Notes: generated by a model from the sequence alone, not told the origin. Positions 48,145 through 58,136 are shown, counted from the first letter of the stretch. The stretch is 64,000 nt of DNA from an uncultured Desulfarculus sp. (GCA_963665125.2 CAXXUK010000001.1:2240001-2304000), one strand, 5' to 3'. Numbers and translations are program-made.

Positions 48145-49170
48145 TTAATTTAAAAACACCCGCCTAAAATGACGGAGGTTTTGCAACGCTACGCCCGCGC
48201 CCATGACCACCGTGGTCAGGGGATTGTTCGCGATATGCACGTCCATGGACAGTTCACGGGCCAACAACTGATCCAAGCCCCTTATCAGCGCGCCGCCGCC
48301 GGCCAGCACCAAACCCCGCTCGGCAACATCGGCCGCCAGCTCCGGCGGTGTTTTTTCAAATGCCCTGCGTACGCTCTCGGTGATGACCTGCACGGGCTCG
48401 GCCATGGCCCCCCGCACTTCGGAGTCGGTGAGGGTGATTGTCTTGGGGATGCCCTCCACCAAATCCTTGCCGCTGACATTCATTTGCAGCGGTTCGGGAA
48501 GCTCAAATGCTGAACCTATCTTAATTTTTATCTGTTCCGCGGTGTTTTCGCCAATCTGAAGCTGATATTTTTTTTGGACATAGCGCATTATGGCCTCGTT
48601 GGCCTCATCACCAGCCACGCGCACCGACTCGGAATACACCGTTGAATACATGGAAATAACGGCGACTTCGGTAGTGCCGCCGCCTATATCAACAACCATT
48701 GAACCCTGCGGTTCGCCTATGGGCAAATCCGCCCCGATGGCCGCGGCCATGGGTTCCTCAATTAAAAAAACGTCCCGGGCTCCGGACTGCTCGGCGCTTT
48801 CGATCACCGCCCTTTTCTCGACCTGGGTAACGCCGCTGGGCACGCCGATGAGCATGCGCGGCTTGACCAGACCGGCCATGGTGCGCACGGCAATGATGAA
48901 CTCCTTGATCATCACCCTGGTCATGTCAAAGTCGGCAATGACGCCGTCACGCAAGGGGCGCGAAGCGATTATGGACGGGCTGGTGCGGCCCAGGTATTCC
49001 TTGGCCTTGGCCCCCACGGCCACGGTCTTGCCGTTGTCGGCCCTCACCGCCACCACCGACGGCTCGTTGAGCACCACCCCCTTGCCCTTGATGAAAATCA
49101 AGGTGTTGGCCGTGCCCAGGTCCATGGCCATGTCTTTGGCAAAAAGCCCCATCAATTTATCAAATACCAT
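48145..49170 (-). CDS. mreB: Rod shape-determining actin-like protein MreB
   Basis: DLGTANT, EPSVVA, IEEPMAAAIGA, DIGGGTTE and LAGGGAL. Confidence 0.95.
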   Translation of the reverse strand: MVFDKLMGLFAKDMAMDLGTANTLIFIKGKGVVLNEPSVVAVRADNGKTVAVGAKAKEYLGRTSPSIIASRPLRDGVIADFDMTRVMIKEFIIAVRTMAGLVKPRMLIGVPSGVTQVEKRAVIESAEQSGARDVFLIEEPMAAAIGADLPIGEPQGSMVVDIGGGTTEVAVISMYSTVYSESVRVAGDEANEAIMRYVQKKYQLQIGENTAEQIKIKIGSAFELPEPLQMNVSGKDLVEGIPKTITLTDSEVRGAMAEPVQVITESVRRAFEKTPPELAADVAERGLVLAGGGALIRGLDQLLARELSMDVHIANNPLTTVVMGAGVALQNLRHFRRVFLN

Positions 49171-49209
49171 TGCGCCCTTTCCCTCTCCTCAGACCATCGG
49201 CGGCCGCTG

Positions 49210-50160
49210 TCAATCGAACTCCGTGCCGCAGTGTTCGATCGTCGCCGCCACCCTGTGACCGGCCAATTGCAGGGCCCGCAGTTCTTCCTCGTCCACCATG
49301 CGCTGGGTATTGCCGGCAAAGGCCCAAACGCCCGTCAGCCTGCGCCAAGCCAACAGCGGTACGCCCAAAAAGGCATTGTACCCTCTAACCTGCTCGTCAG
49401 GCGATACCAAATAGGATTTTCCCTTGAGCGGTTTGAGCCGGTTGTGGCAAAGCGGCTTTGCCTCCCGCAAAACCCAGCCGACCAGGCCCTGGCTAACCGG
49501 AAAGGAACGGCCCCGGAGTGTGCTCATGGCAGGACCGTCCACTGCCTCCACGGTAAACTGTCTGCGTCCCGGATGCAACAGGCATAGCATGCCCATTGAC
49601 AGTCCGCAGTAGCGCCTGCCCGCGTCCAACACCGCCCGGTTGAACTCCCTGGGGTCGCTGTAGTTAAGCGAGGCGTTTTCGATATCGTAGAGCAGGTCCA
49701 GGATACGGCCATACATGGCCTCGCGGCTGCACGTGTCTTGATGCCTAACCAGGTTGGCAAAAAACTTGGCGAAATCGCGGACCGTCTTTTTCTCGCGTTC
49801 GCCGAAAACCGCCCTTTTCTTGGTGTCGACCACCAGCACGCCGCTGTCGCCCACCGGCATGGCCAAGAAGGCCTTGATGCCCTCGTCTTCGCTGTAGAGC
49901 CCCGTGGCATCGGAGCTTTGCTGGTAGCGGTCCACGTCAACCGGAGCCCCGTGTTTGGCCACGTAGCCCACCAGCCCCTGGCCGGGTTTTATGGGCTCGT
50001 CGCTCTTGAAGCGTCGGCTGAGTGTGTGCCAGGCCACGGCCTTGAGTCCGTCTTCACCGGGCTGGGGTAAAAAAAGAGCCGCCGTAAAGGCCTCGGTGAT
50101 GTCGGCCAATAATTCGATGGCTTCTGTCAGTTCCCGGCGGGTATCCATTAACTGTTGCAC
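49210..50160 (-). CDS. Tandem GAF-domain protein with no output domain
   Basis: Two G.GLVG(Y/W)V....P motifs, each followed by AFL..P. Confidence 0.82.
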   Translation of the reverse strand: MQQLMDTRRELTEAIELLADITEAFTAALFLPQPGEDGLKAVAWHTLSRRFKSDEPIKPGQGLVGYVAKHGAPVDVDRYQQSSDATGLYSEDEGIKAFLAMPVGDSGVLVVDTKKRAVFGEREKKTVRDFAKFFANLVRHQDTCSREAMYGRILDLLYDIENASLNYSDPREFNRAVLDAGRRYCGLSMGMLCLLHPGRRQFTVEAVDGPAMSTLRGRSFPVSQGLVGWVLREAKPLCHNRLKPLKGKSYLVSPDEQVRGYNAFLGVPLLAWRRLTGVWAFAGNTQRMVDEEELRALQLAGHRVAATIEHCGTEFD

Positions 50161-50169
50161 TTCACCAGG

Positions 50170-50391
50170 CTATTTCTGTATGTCTCTACAAAAGTTGCTG
50201 TACGAACGGTCATATGAAGCCTCTCCGGCCTTGCTGAAAAAGCAGCCGGGAATCTGGCCCATACGCCTGTGATAAGCCACGCACTGGCAGCACAGCCCCG
50301 CCTTTTCGCAGGAACTGTAGGTGCAAGTGCATTGATCCAAATTGGCCTTGTAGTTGGGGCAGGCGTCTTTCATCTTTTTTATATCTGCCAC
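50170..50391 (-). CDS. Small Cys-rich conserved protein (DUF6485-like)
   Basis: CTCTYSSC...GLCCQCVAYH....QIPGCFF....E.SYDRS. Confidence 0.72.
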   Translation of the reverse strand: MADIKKMKDACPNYKANLDQCTCTYSSCEKAGLCCQCVAYHRRMGQIPGCFFSKAGEASYDRSYSNFCRDIQK

Positions 50392-50559
50392 GGGAAATAC
50401 CTTCCGCGTTGCTTATAATTTTACTTGCAAACGCTTCCTAAAGCGTTAGTCTATTATTCCAATACCACTCTATATAGGTTGCCAATAGGTGTCAACCACA
50501 GAATAATGGGGTCCCACTCCATAGCTAATTTACTTACTCACTTTGGCCTCGGAGAGAAA

Positions 50560-51375
50560 ATGCCCGAACTGCCCGAAGTGGAATGCGTCCGCCAAACCCT
50601 TGAGCCGGCTGTTATCGGCCGAACCATTTCCGGGGTGGAGATCGCATATGAAAAGGCCGTCGAACCATCGGTGGCGGCATTCACCTCCGGAGTGACTGGC
50701 CGAACAATAACCGGCACCGGCCGCCACGGCAAGCTGCTGATCCTTAATCTGGACAACGGCGCGATCCTGGCCATCCATCTGCGCATGACCGGCCAGGTCA
50801 TCGTGGCCAGGCAAAGGCCCGAGGCCAACCACATCCACGTCCGCCTGCGCCTGGACAACGGCGTCAGCGTGTTTTACCGCGACATGCGCAAATTCGGACG
50901 CCTGACCTATTGCCCGGACCAAGCGGCCCTGGCGACCGGGCCCCTTGCCAACATGGGCCCCGACGCACTGGGCCTGGACCAAGACGATTTCTGCGACCTG
51001 GTGGGGGCCAAGGGCGGCAAGTTGAAAAACGTGATCCTGGACCAGCGTGTCTTGGCCGGGGTGGGCAACATCTATGCCGACGAATGCCTGCATCGGGCCT
51101 GCCTGTCTCCGGTGGCCTGCCCCAAGGACCTGCCCCGGGAAGACCTCCAGCGCCTGCACGGCCACCTCATCGAAACACTCCACGAAGCCCTTGAAAAAGG
51201 CGGCAGCAGCATCCGCAACTTCATGGACGCCGAAGGCCGGGCCGGCACTTTTCAGCACAGCCACCGGGTCTACCGCCGCACGGGCCAGCCTTGCCCGGTG
51301 TGTGGCGGCGAGATCCAGCGCATCGTCCTGGCCGGGCGCAGCACACATTACTGCCCCAGGTGCCAGAAAAGCTGA
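50560..51375 (+). CDS. mutM: Formamidopyrimidine-DNA glycosylase
   Basis: MPELPEVE, HLRMTG, GVGNIYADE and zinc finger CPVC...CPRCQ. Confidence 0.96.
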   Translation: MPELPEVECVRQTLEPAVIGRTISGVEIAYEKAVEPSVAAFTSGVTGRTITGTGRHGKLLILNLDNGAILAIHLRMTGQVIVARQRPEANHIHVRLRLDNGVSVFYRDMRKFGRLTYCPDQAALATGPLANMGPDALGLDQDDFCDLVGAKGGKLKNVILDQRVLAGVGNIYADECLHRACLSPVACPKDLPREDLQRLHGHLIETLHEALEKGGSSIRNFMDAEGRAGTFQHSHRVYRRTGQPCPVCGGEIQRIVLAGRSTHYCPRCQKS

Positions 51376-51409
51376 TATGCTGTAGGCGGACTTTAGCCGG
51401 GAGACCTCC

Positions 51410-51859
51410 ATGAAACGCGTAATGATCCTGATCGCCGCAATAGCCATGGCCCTGGCGGCCACGGCGGCCATGGCCGAGCAAAGCGTATACGTGCCCGCCT
51501 ATTCCCATATCTACTACGGCGACAAACCCTCGAAAATCCTGCTGACGACCACCTTGAGCATCCGCAACACCGACCCGGCCAAGAACCTGACGCTGCATAA
51601 GGTGGAGTACCGCAACGGTCAGGGCAAGCTACTGAAAAACTTCACCAAAGATCCCGTACTCATCCAGCCTTTCGCAGCGGTGCGCTTCGTGGTGCCGGAA
51701 AACGACACCGAAGGCGGCTCGGGGGCCAGCTTTATCGTCATCTGGAGCGCCGCGGGCAAGCTGAACAAGCCGGTGATTCAAGCCGTTATGATCGGGGCCA
51801 CGGCCAACCAGGGCATCAGCTTTATCTGCGACGCGGTGGCCATACCACAATTAAAGTAA
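51410..51859 (+). CDS. DUF3124-like exported protein
   Basis: VYVPAYSHIY, TLSIRNTD and GGSGASFIV.W. Confidence 0.8.
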   Translation: MKRVMILIAAIAMALAATAAMAEQSVYVPAYSHIYYGDKPSKILLTTTLSIRNTDPAKNLTLHKVEYRNGQGKLLKNFTKDPVLIQPFAAVRFVVPENDTEGGSGASFIVIWSAAGKLNKPVIQAVMIGATANQGISFICDAVAIPQLK

Positions 51860-51868
51860 ACCAAGCTC

Positions 51869-51918
51869 TTGACAGCAGTGAGACATACAGCCTATTAATA
51901 TTGAACGAACGCTCGGTT
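51869..51918 (+). promoter_or_regulatory. sigma70 promoter plus imperfect palindrome (possible TetR-type operator)
   Basis: TTGACA at 51869 with AT-rich -10 region; GAACGAAC|GCTCGGTT at 51903-51918. Confidence 0.45.
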
Positions 51919-51933
51919 TCTAGAGGGCACATT

Positions 51934-52173
51934 ATGGTTCAATGGCTGATACAAACCAATGCCTCGGCATGCACGGGCTGCCTGCGTTGCGCCTTGGCCT
52001 GCTCGGAAAAAGACACCGGGATCTTCAACCCCTCCGCCGCCCACATCCGCATTGAAACCAATGAAATCGAAAACATCATCAGCTTTGACGAGGGCTGCAC
52101 CTTTTGCGGAGTCTGCGTGGAGCAGTGCCTCTACGGAGCCCTTAGCAAAACCCGCAGGGAGGCCGTGTTATGA
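51934..52173 (+). CDS. 4Fe-4S dicluster ferredoxin
   Basis: CTGCLRCALAC and CTFCGVCVEQC. Confidence 0.85.
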   Translation: MVQWLIQTNASACTGCLRCALACSEKDTGIFNPSAAHIRIETNEIENIISFDEGCTFCGVCVEQCLYGALSKTRREAVL

Positions 52174-54017
52174 GCTTGGGCGGATTTGGCGGCAACATCC
52201 TCATGGCCGATCTGGCCGGCAAGCTTGACCGAAGGCCCTTGCCCCAGGACCTGGCCCGGCAATACATCGGCGGCCTGGGCCTTAGCATCAAGCTGGCGCA
52301 CACGGCCATCAAGCCGGGAACCCCGGCTCTTGCTCCGGAAGCAGCGGTGGTGCTGGGCGTGGGGCCCCTGGTGGGGACCAGCCTGCCAGCGGCCAGCCGG
52401 GTGTACGCCGTGGCCAAGCTTCCGGCGGGCGGGGCCATAGGCTGGTGCGGCGGCGGCGGAGTGAGCTTTGGCAGCCACTTCAAGAACTGCGGCCTGGATC
52501 ATATAGTCCTCACCGGCAGGGCCGACAGGCCCTCCATTCTGCGCCTGGAAGACGACCAGGCCCGGCTGGATGACGCGGCCGAATTCTCCGGCTTGGGCAT
52601 CGAACAGACCATTGAACTGGCTCGAAAAAAATACGGCCCCTGCGGGGTGTTGTGCATCGGCCCATCGGGGAAAAACCTGGTCGCCATGGCCATGGCCTCC
52701 ATCGACGGCATGGCCACCATCGGCCGGGGCGGACTGGGCGCGGTGCTGGGCTCCAAAAACCTCAAGGCCGTGGTGGCCACGGGCTCCCTGGGCGTATCGG
52801 TGGCCGACCGCAAGGCCTTCGGCAAGGTCAGCCGCGGGGTTTTCAAACAGATGCGCGACTATGCCTATCTCAAGCAATGGCAGGAGTTGGGCCTGCTCAA
52901 GTCCTTGCCCGTGGTGCCGCCGGAATATTATCTTTCCATAAAAAAACGCCGGGTTGCCTGCGTGTCCTGCCCCATCGGCGACAAGGACATCATCGAGATC
53001 CCCGACGGGCCCTACGCCGGTCTGCGGGTCTGCACTTCCTCGGCCGTCAACCTGTTCACGCCGACGATTTTCGGACTCAAGGACAAGGAGCAGGCCATCA
53101 AGCTGACCAGCATGTTGGACGACCTGGGCCTGGATCTATTCGAATTTTTCGCGGCCGTGGGTCTGGCCGCCCGCCTAGCCGCCCAAGGGGCCATCCCGCA
53201 GGACATGCTGCCCATGGCCATTGACAACACCGCCCTGGAATCCCTGGAATACTGGGCCGGAGCAATTGCCTTCAAACAGGGCCTAGGCACGGTCATGGCC
53301 GGGGGCATCGGCGGGCTGCTGGAAAAATACGGACCGCCCGCTGACGGCCAAGCGCCTCCGATGATCAAGGGTCTTTCACCGTATGTCGGGCCGGGCGCGG
53401 CCCTGCCCTGGGACCTGTTCGGCACCCAGGAGCTAGGCCAGGCCCTGGACCCGCGGGGGCCCCACGTTGGCGCCAGCGGCTCGCCCACATATTTTGCAAG
53501 GCGTCCCCTGGAGGTCTTTCCCAAGCATCTGAAGCGCATGGGCGTGCCCGACGAGGCCCTGGAGCGCATCCTGCCCGGCCTGGGCACGGAAAACGCCGGG
53601 CTCAAGGTCGGCGCGCTGCTCAAATACTCTCACCGCTGGTTCACGGTGCTCGGCTCTTTGGGCGTGTGCGCCAGGGCCCAGATCAACCGCTTTTACAATG
53701 CCGAGATCCTGGCCCAGGCCTACAGCGCGGCCACGGGCATTGAATCCAGCTTCGCGGAGCTGGGTCGCCGGGCCGACCGGGCCTGGACCGTATTGCGGCT
53801 GATGAACCTGGCCGAAGGCCAGGGCCGCCAGGCCGACATCCTGCCCGGCCAGTGGTTCGGCAAAGGCGGATTCCGGGACTATGTCACCGAGAAGCCCGCC
53901 CCCCAGGACCACTTTGAAACAATGGTCGATGATTATTACCAGGAGCAAGGGTGGGCACCGGACAGCGGCGCGCCCCTGCCCGAAACCCTGGCCTCCCTGG
54001 GCCTGGACAAGCTCTGA
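52170..54017 (+). CDS. Aldehyde:ferredoxin oxidoreductase (AOR/WOR) family protein
   Basis: YIGG.GL, IGPSG.NLV, GRGGLGAVLGSKNLKAV, DDLGLD and YYQEQGW...G.P..ETL..LGL. Confidence 0.9.
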   Translation: MSLGGFGGNILMADLAGKLDRRPLPQDLARQYIGGLGLSIKLAHTAIKPGTPALAPEAAVVLGVGPLVGTSLPAASRVYAVAKLPAGGAIGWCGGGGVSFGSHFKNCGLDHIVLTGRADRPSILRLEDDQARLDDAAEFSGLGIEQTIELARKKYGPCGVLCIGPSGKNLVAMAMASIDGMATIGRGGLGAVLGSKNLKAVVATGSLGVSVADRKAFGKVSRGVFKQMRDYAYLKQWQELGLLKSLPVVPPEYYLSIKKRRVACVSCPIGDKDIIEIPDGPYAGLRVCTSSAVNLFTPTIFGLKDKEQAIKLTSMLDDLGLDLFEFFAAVGLAARLAAQGAIPQDMLPMAIDNTALESLEYWAGAIAFKQGLGTVMAGGIGGLLEKYGPPADGQAPPMIKGLSPYVGPGAALPWDLFGTQELGQALDPRGPHVGASGSPTYFARRPLEVFPKHLKRMGVPDEALERILPGLGTENAGLKVGALLKYSHRWFTVLGSLGVCARAQINRFYNAEILAQAYSAATGIESSFAELGRRADRAWTVLRLMNLAEGQGRQADILPGQWFGKGGFRDYVTEKPAPQDHFETMVDDYYQEQGWAPDSGAPLPETLASLGLDKL

Positions 54018-54043
54018 TTCATAATCCGAAGGGGGTTTTATCT

Positions 54044-54700
54044 ATGAAAGAAGAGATGGTTTGTAGTTACTGCGCCAAAAAGAAATGCTTTTTCGGTGAT
54101 TTCAGCACCGCCCCGCCGGGCTGCCCCACCCTGAACAACACCGAGGAACTCGAGGCGGCCAAGCAAAAGCTGGCCCAACCGGACAACAAGGCAATGGCCC
54201 AAAACGTGGCCAAAACCTGGAAAGACTACGGAAAGCTGACCAGGGTCGAGGAGACGGTGCTCTACGCCAAGCTTCAAGGGGCTCAAAAGTTGGGCCTGGC
54301 CTTTTGCGTGGGCCTGGGCGAGGAGGCGGAAAAATTCACCAACATCCTGCTCAACGCGGGTTTCGACGTGGTCAGCGCCTGCTGCATGTACGGCGGGCTC
54401 AGCGCCGAGGACGTAGACCTGGCCGACGAAGACAAGATCATGCCGGGCATGCGTCAGCCCATGTGCAACCCCATCGGCCAGGCCGAGTTGATGAACCACG
54501 CCAAAACCGACTTGAACATCGTACTGGGGCTGTGCGTGGGCGACGACACTCTGTTCATAAAACACTCCGAGGCGCCGGTCACCGTGCTGGCCGTCAAGGA
54601 CCGCGTGTTGGCCCACAATCCCCTGGGCGCGCTATATACGTCCAGAAGCATCTACACCAGGCTCAATACCCGTAGACCCAAGAAGACGGATGAAAAATAA
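54044..54700 (+). CDS. DUF1847-like metal-binding protein
   Basis: TRVEE, GLAFCVGL, MCNPIGQA, LGLCVGDD and KDRVLAHNP. Confidence 0.85.
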   Translation: MKEEMVCSYCAKKKCFFGDFSTAPPGCPTLNNTEELEAAKQKLAQPDNKAMAQNVAKTWKDYGKLTRVEETVLYAKLQGAQKLGLAFCVGLGEEAEKFTNILLNAGFDVVSACCMYGGLSAEDVDLADEDKIMPGMRQPMCNPIGQAELMNHAKTDLNIVLGLCVGDDTLFIKHSEAPVTVLAVKDRVLAHNPLGALYTSRSIYTRLNTRRPKKTDEK

Positions 54701-54713
54701 AGGAGCGACTTAA

Positions 54714-55124
54714 ATGGCTAAAATCAATGCGGACGTGAAGGACCTGTTCAACAAGGTCAAGACGGTGATGCTGGCCACGGCCGACGCCGACGGCATGCCC
54801 AACGCGGTGCCCATGGGCGCAAAAACGATCATTGACGATGAAACTATCCTGCTGGGCGACCAGTTCTTCAACAAGACCCTGGCCAACCTGAAGGCCAATC
54901 CCCAGGCATCCATCAGCTTCTGGGAAGGCATGACCGGATACCAGATCAAGGGCAAGGTGGAGGTGACCAACGAGGGTCCGTTGTTCGAAACCATGGCCGC
55001 GTTCGTGGCCGCCGAGGGTAAAAAGCTGGGCCTGCCCCTGAAGACCAAGAACGTCGCCCTGCTCAAGGTCGAGGCCGTTTACAACACCACGCCCGGCCCC
55101 AAGGCCGGCACACTGGTGGAGTAG
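54714..55124 (+). CDS. Pyridoxamine 5'-phosphate oxidase-like FMN-binding protein
   Basis: LATADADGMPNAVP, FFNKTLANLKANP, GYQIKG and TPGPKAG. Confidence 0.85.
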   Translation: MAKINADVKDLFNKVKTVMLATADADGMPNAVPMGAKTIIDDETILLGDQFFNKTLANLKANPQASISFWEGMTGYQIKGKVEVTNEGPLFETMAAFVAAEGKKLGLPLKTKNVALLKVEAVYNTTPGPKAGTLVE

Positions 55125-55131
55125 GCCCCTG

Positions 55132-55869
55132 ATGCAGGAAAAAGTCCGGGCCGCCGTTATGGCGGCCCTGCTATTTACCATCATCTGCGCGCCGGCCGCC
55201 GGGGCCGACCGGTTGATGAGCCGCAGCGACGCCGAGGTCCTGCTCAGCCGGATGCAACAGGCCTACGAGAACGTGCGCGACTACACCGCCGTGTTCCATA
55301 AAAAGTGCGTTCTTCCCGATGACGACTGCCCCGACGAAAAGGCCTTCATGAAGTTTCAAAAGCCCTTTGCCCTGTACATGAAGTGGCAGGGTCCGGCCCA
55401 TGAGGACCAGGAAATGATCTACGTCCAGGGGCTCAACGGCGGCCAAATCATGGGGCATCCCGGATCGTTCCCGGATGTGACCCTGAGTCTGGCACCTGAC
55501 TCCGGCTTGGTAATGCACTGCAACCGCCGTACTGTGACCCAGTCGGGCATCGGCAATATGATCGCTATCACCGAGACCATCCTGGAGGCCTATCCCCGGG
55601 CCGTTTTGCGCGATGAAGGCAATATCGACGTATACGGCGTCAACTGCCGTTGTTTTTCCATCCAACGCAGCGCACCGGGTAAAAATCCTGACGATTGCTG
55701 GGTCAAGGCCCGGCTATGCGCCAGCGATGAAGACCTGTTGCCCCGCCGGGCCACGTTTTGGGATGGAAACGGCACAGTCATAGAGGATTACGGATATTCC
55801 GACGTCAAGTTCAATATTGGATTGACGGATATCGACTTTGATCCAGACAACCCTGAATATGATTTTTAG
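55132..55869 (+). CDS. DUF1571-like exported protein (LolA-like fold suspected)
   Basis: Signal peptide, V.DYTA.F.K, KF.KPF..YMKW and DFDPDNPEYDF ending. Confidence 0.75.
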   Translation: MQEKVRAAVMAALLFTIICAPAAGADRLMSRSDAEVLLSRMQQAYENVRDYTAVFHKKCVLPDDDCPDEKAFMKFQKPFALYMKWQGPAHEDQEMIYVQGLNGGQIMGHPGSFPDVTLSLAPDSGLVMHCNRRTVTQSGIGNMIAITETILEAYPRAVLRDEGNIDVYGVNCRCFSIQRSAPGKNPDDCWVKARLCASDEDLLPRRATFWDGNGTVIEDYGYSDVKFNIGLTDIDFDPDNPEYDF

Positions 55870-55889
55870 CAACCCTTTGGAGGATCATC

Positions 55890-58127
55890 ATGAGCGCGCA
55901 AGAAAGCACCCGCGTGGTTTATAAGACATGCCCCCTGTGCGAGGCCACCTGCGGCCTGGAGATAACCCTAAAAGGCGACGAGGTCGTCAAGGTCCGGGGG
56001 GACAAGGACGATGTATTCTCCAAGGGTTATTTCTGTCCCAAGGGCGCATCCATCCACCTTTTGCACAACGACCCGGACCGGCTGCGCACCCCCCTGGTGC
56101 GCAAAAACGGCAACCTGGAGCCGGCCACTTGGCCAGAGGCCTTCGCGGCCGTGGAAAAGGGTCTGCTGCCCATTATGGAGGCCCATGGCCGGGACGCCGT
56201 GGGCGTGTATTTGGGCAACCCCAACGCCCACACCCTGGCGGGCAACATGTTCATGAAGCCCATGCTCAAGGCTCTGGGCAGCAGCAATATCTTCACGGCC
56301 AGCACGGTGGACCAGATCACCAAGCATGTCTCCTGTGGACTGATGTTCGGCGGGCCGGTGACCGTGCCCATACCGGACATCGAACGTACGGACTATTTGC
56401 TCATCCTGGGGGCCAACCCCTTTGAATCCAACGGCAGCGTCTGCACCGCGCCGGGCTTCCCCGAAAGGCTAAGGGAACTCAGAAAGCGCGGGGCCAAGCT
56501 GGTGGTGGTGGACCCAAGAAAGACCCGCACGGCCGAAGCCGCCGACGAGCACATACATATCCGGCCCGGCGGCGACGCGCCCTGGCTCATGGCCATAGCC
56601 AACGAACTATTCGAGCGGGGGCTTACCGATCCGGGCCACCTTGCCGGCCATATCAACGGCCTGGACGAATTCAAGGAGCTGGTCAAGCCGTTCACACCGG
56701 AGAGGGTGGCGGATTGGTGCGGCATTGATCCGGCCACCACCAGACGCATTGCCGCCGAACTGGCCGGGGCTCCCACATCGGCCATATACGGCCGCATGGG
56801 TACCAGCACCCAGGTGTTCGGCGCGGCGGCCACCTGGCTGGTGGATGTGATCAACATCCTTACCGGCCACTTTGACCGGCCCGGCGGCAACATGTTCCCC
56901 AGCCCGGCCCATTTGCCGCCCAAGCTCAAGGCAGGCGGCAGAGGATGGGGCATGTACCGATGGGCCAGCCAAGCCACCGGCGCACGGGAAGTCCTGGGTG
57001 AATTCCCCGTTTCGACCATGGCCGCCAGCATCGAGGCCGACGGCCCCGGTGCGGTCAAGGCCCTGATCACCTGCGCCGGCAACCCGTCCCTGACCTGCCC
57101 CAACTCCAACCGCCTGGACAAGGCCATCGCCTCGCTGGATTTCCTGGTCTGCATTGATTTTTACCTCAACGAGACGGCCCGTCACGCCGACGTCGTGCTG
57201 CCTCCCACGGGGCCGCTGTCCACCAGCCACTATGACCTGGTGTTCTACACCTTTGCCGTGCACAACGTGGCCAATTATTCAGCGCCGGTGATCCCCAAGG
57301 CCGCCGATGAGATGGACAAATGGGAGATCTTGCTGAAGATGGCCCTGGTCCTGGGCGGCCAGGGAGCCGACGCCGACCCATTGGCCCTGGAGGAAATGAT
57401 CATCCGGGGCGCCCTGCAAAAAGCCGTTTCAGCCAAGGGCTCCCCCCTGGCCGGCAAAACCGTGGACGAACTATTGGGCCAATTGAACGGCGGACCGGGC
57501 CAGGACCGGCTGCTGGACCTGATGCTGCGCACGGGCTCCCACGGCGACTGGTTCGGCCTCAACCCCGGCGGCATGAGCCTTGCCCAACTCATCGACAATC
57601 CCCACGGCATTGACCTGGGCAATCTGCAACCCAGGGTGCCGGAAGTGCTGCTGACTCCCTCGGCCAAGATAGAGCTGGCCCCGGAGCAGCTGGCCGCCGA
57701 CACCCGGCGCATGCTGGAGCATCTGGACAAGGCCCTTCCGCCCATGGTGCTAATCGGCAGGCGGCACCTGCGCTCCAACAACAGCTGGATGCACAACATA
57801 GAACCGCTGATTAACGGACCCGACCGCTGCACCCTGCAAGTGCACCCCGACGACGCCCGGCGCCTTGGCTTGAGCCACGGCGGCAGTGCCGAAATATCAT
57901 CCAGGGTCGGCAGCATCAATCTGCCGGTGGAGGTAAGCGATTCGCTGATGCCCGGCGTGGTCTGCGCGCCCCACGGCTGGGGCCACGACATCCCCGGAGC
58001 GCGGCTTGGCGTGGCGGCGACCAAGCCCGGCGTGAACACCAATGTCCTTACCGACGATGAAATGCTCGATACCGTTTCGGGCAACTGCGTCTTGAACGGC
58101 ATCCCGGTGGCCGTGGGCCCGGCCTGA
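55890..58127 (+). CDS. Molybdopterin-dependent oxidoreductase (DMSO reductase superfamily, cytoplasmic)
   Basis: TCPLCEATCG...CPKG 4Fe-4S motif, RLRTPL, D.YLNETA.HADVVLP and RR...SNNSW. No Tat signal. Confidence 0.9.
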   Translation: MSAQESTRVVYKTCPLCEATCGLEITLKGDEVVKVRGDKDDVFSKGYFCPKGASIHLLHNDPDRLRTPLVRKNGNLEPATWPEAFAAVEKGLLPIMEAHGRDAVGVYLGNPNAHTLAGNMFMKPMLKALGSSNIFTASTVDQITKHVSCGLMFGGPVTVPIPDIERTDYLLILGANPFESNGSVCTAPGFPERLRELRKRGAKLVVVDPRKTRTAEAADEHIHIRPGGDAPWLMAIANELFERGLTDPGHLAGHINGLDEFKELVKPFTPERVADWCGIDPATTRRIAAELAGAPTSAIYGRMGTSTQVFGAAATWLVDVINILTGHFDRPGGNMFPSPAHLPPKLKAGGRGWGMYRWASQATGAREVLGEFPVSTMAASIEADGPGAVKALITCAGNPSLTCPNSNRLDKAIASLDFLVCIDFYLNETARHADVVLPPTGPLSTSHYDLVFYTFAVHNVANYSAPVIPKAADEMDKWEILLKMALVLGGQGADADPLALEEMIIRGALQKAVSAKGSPLAGKTVDELLGQLNGGPGQDRLLDLMLRTGSHGDWFGLNPGGMSLAQLIDNPHGIDLGNLQPRVPEVLLTPSAKIELAPEQLAADTRRMLEHLDKALPPMVLIGRRHLRSNNSWMHNIEPLINGPDRCTLQVHPDDARRLGLSHGGSAEISSRVGSINLPVEVSDSLMPGVVCAPHGWGHDIPGARLGVAATKPGVNTNVLTDDEMLDTVSGNCVLNGIPVAVGPA

Positions 58128-58136
58128 TCTTGGGGC

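Noticed and set aside
48145..49170. MamK or plasmid-type actin
   Set aside because: The motifs are canonical MreB and there are no magnetosome or partition genes nearby.
55890..58127. Selenocysteine-containing formate dehydrogenase
   Set aside because: The ORF has no in-frame TGA and no FDH (C/U)H motif; the ligand region reads ASTVDQ.
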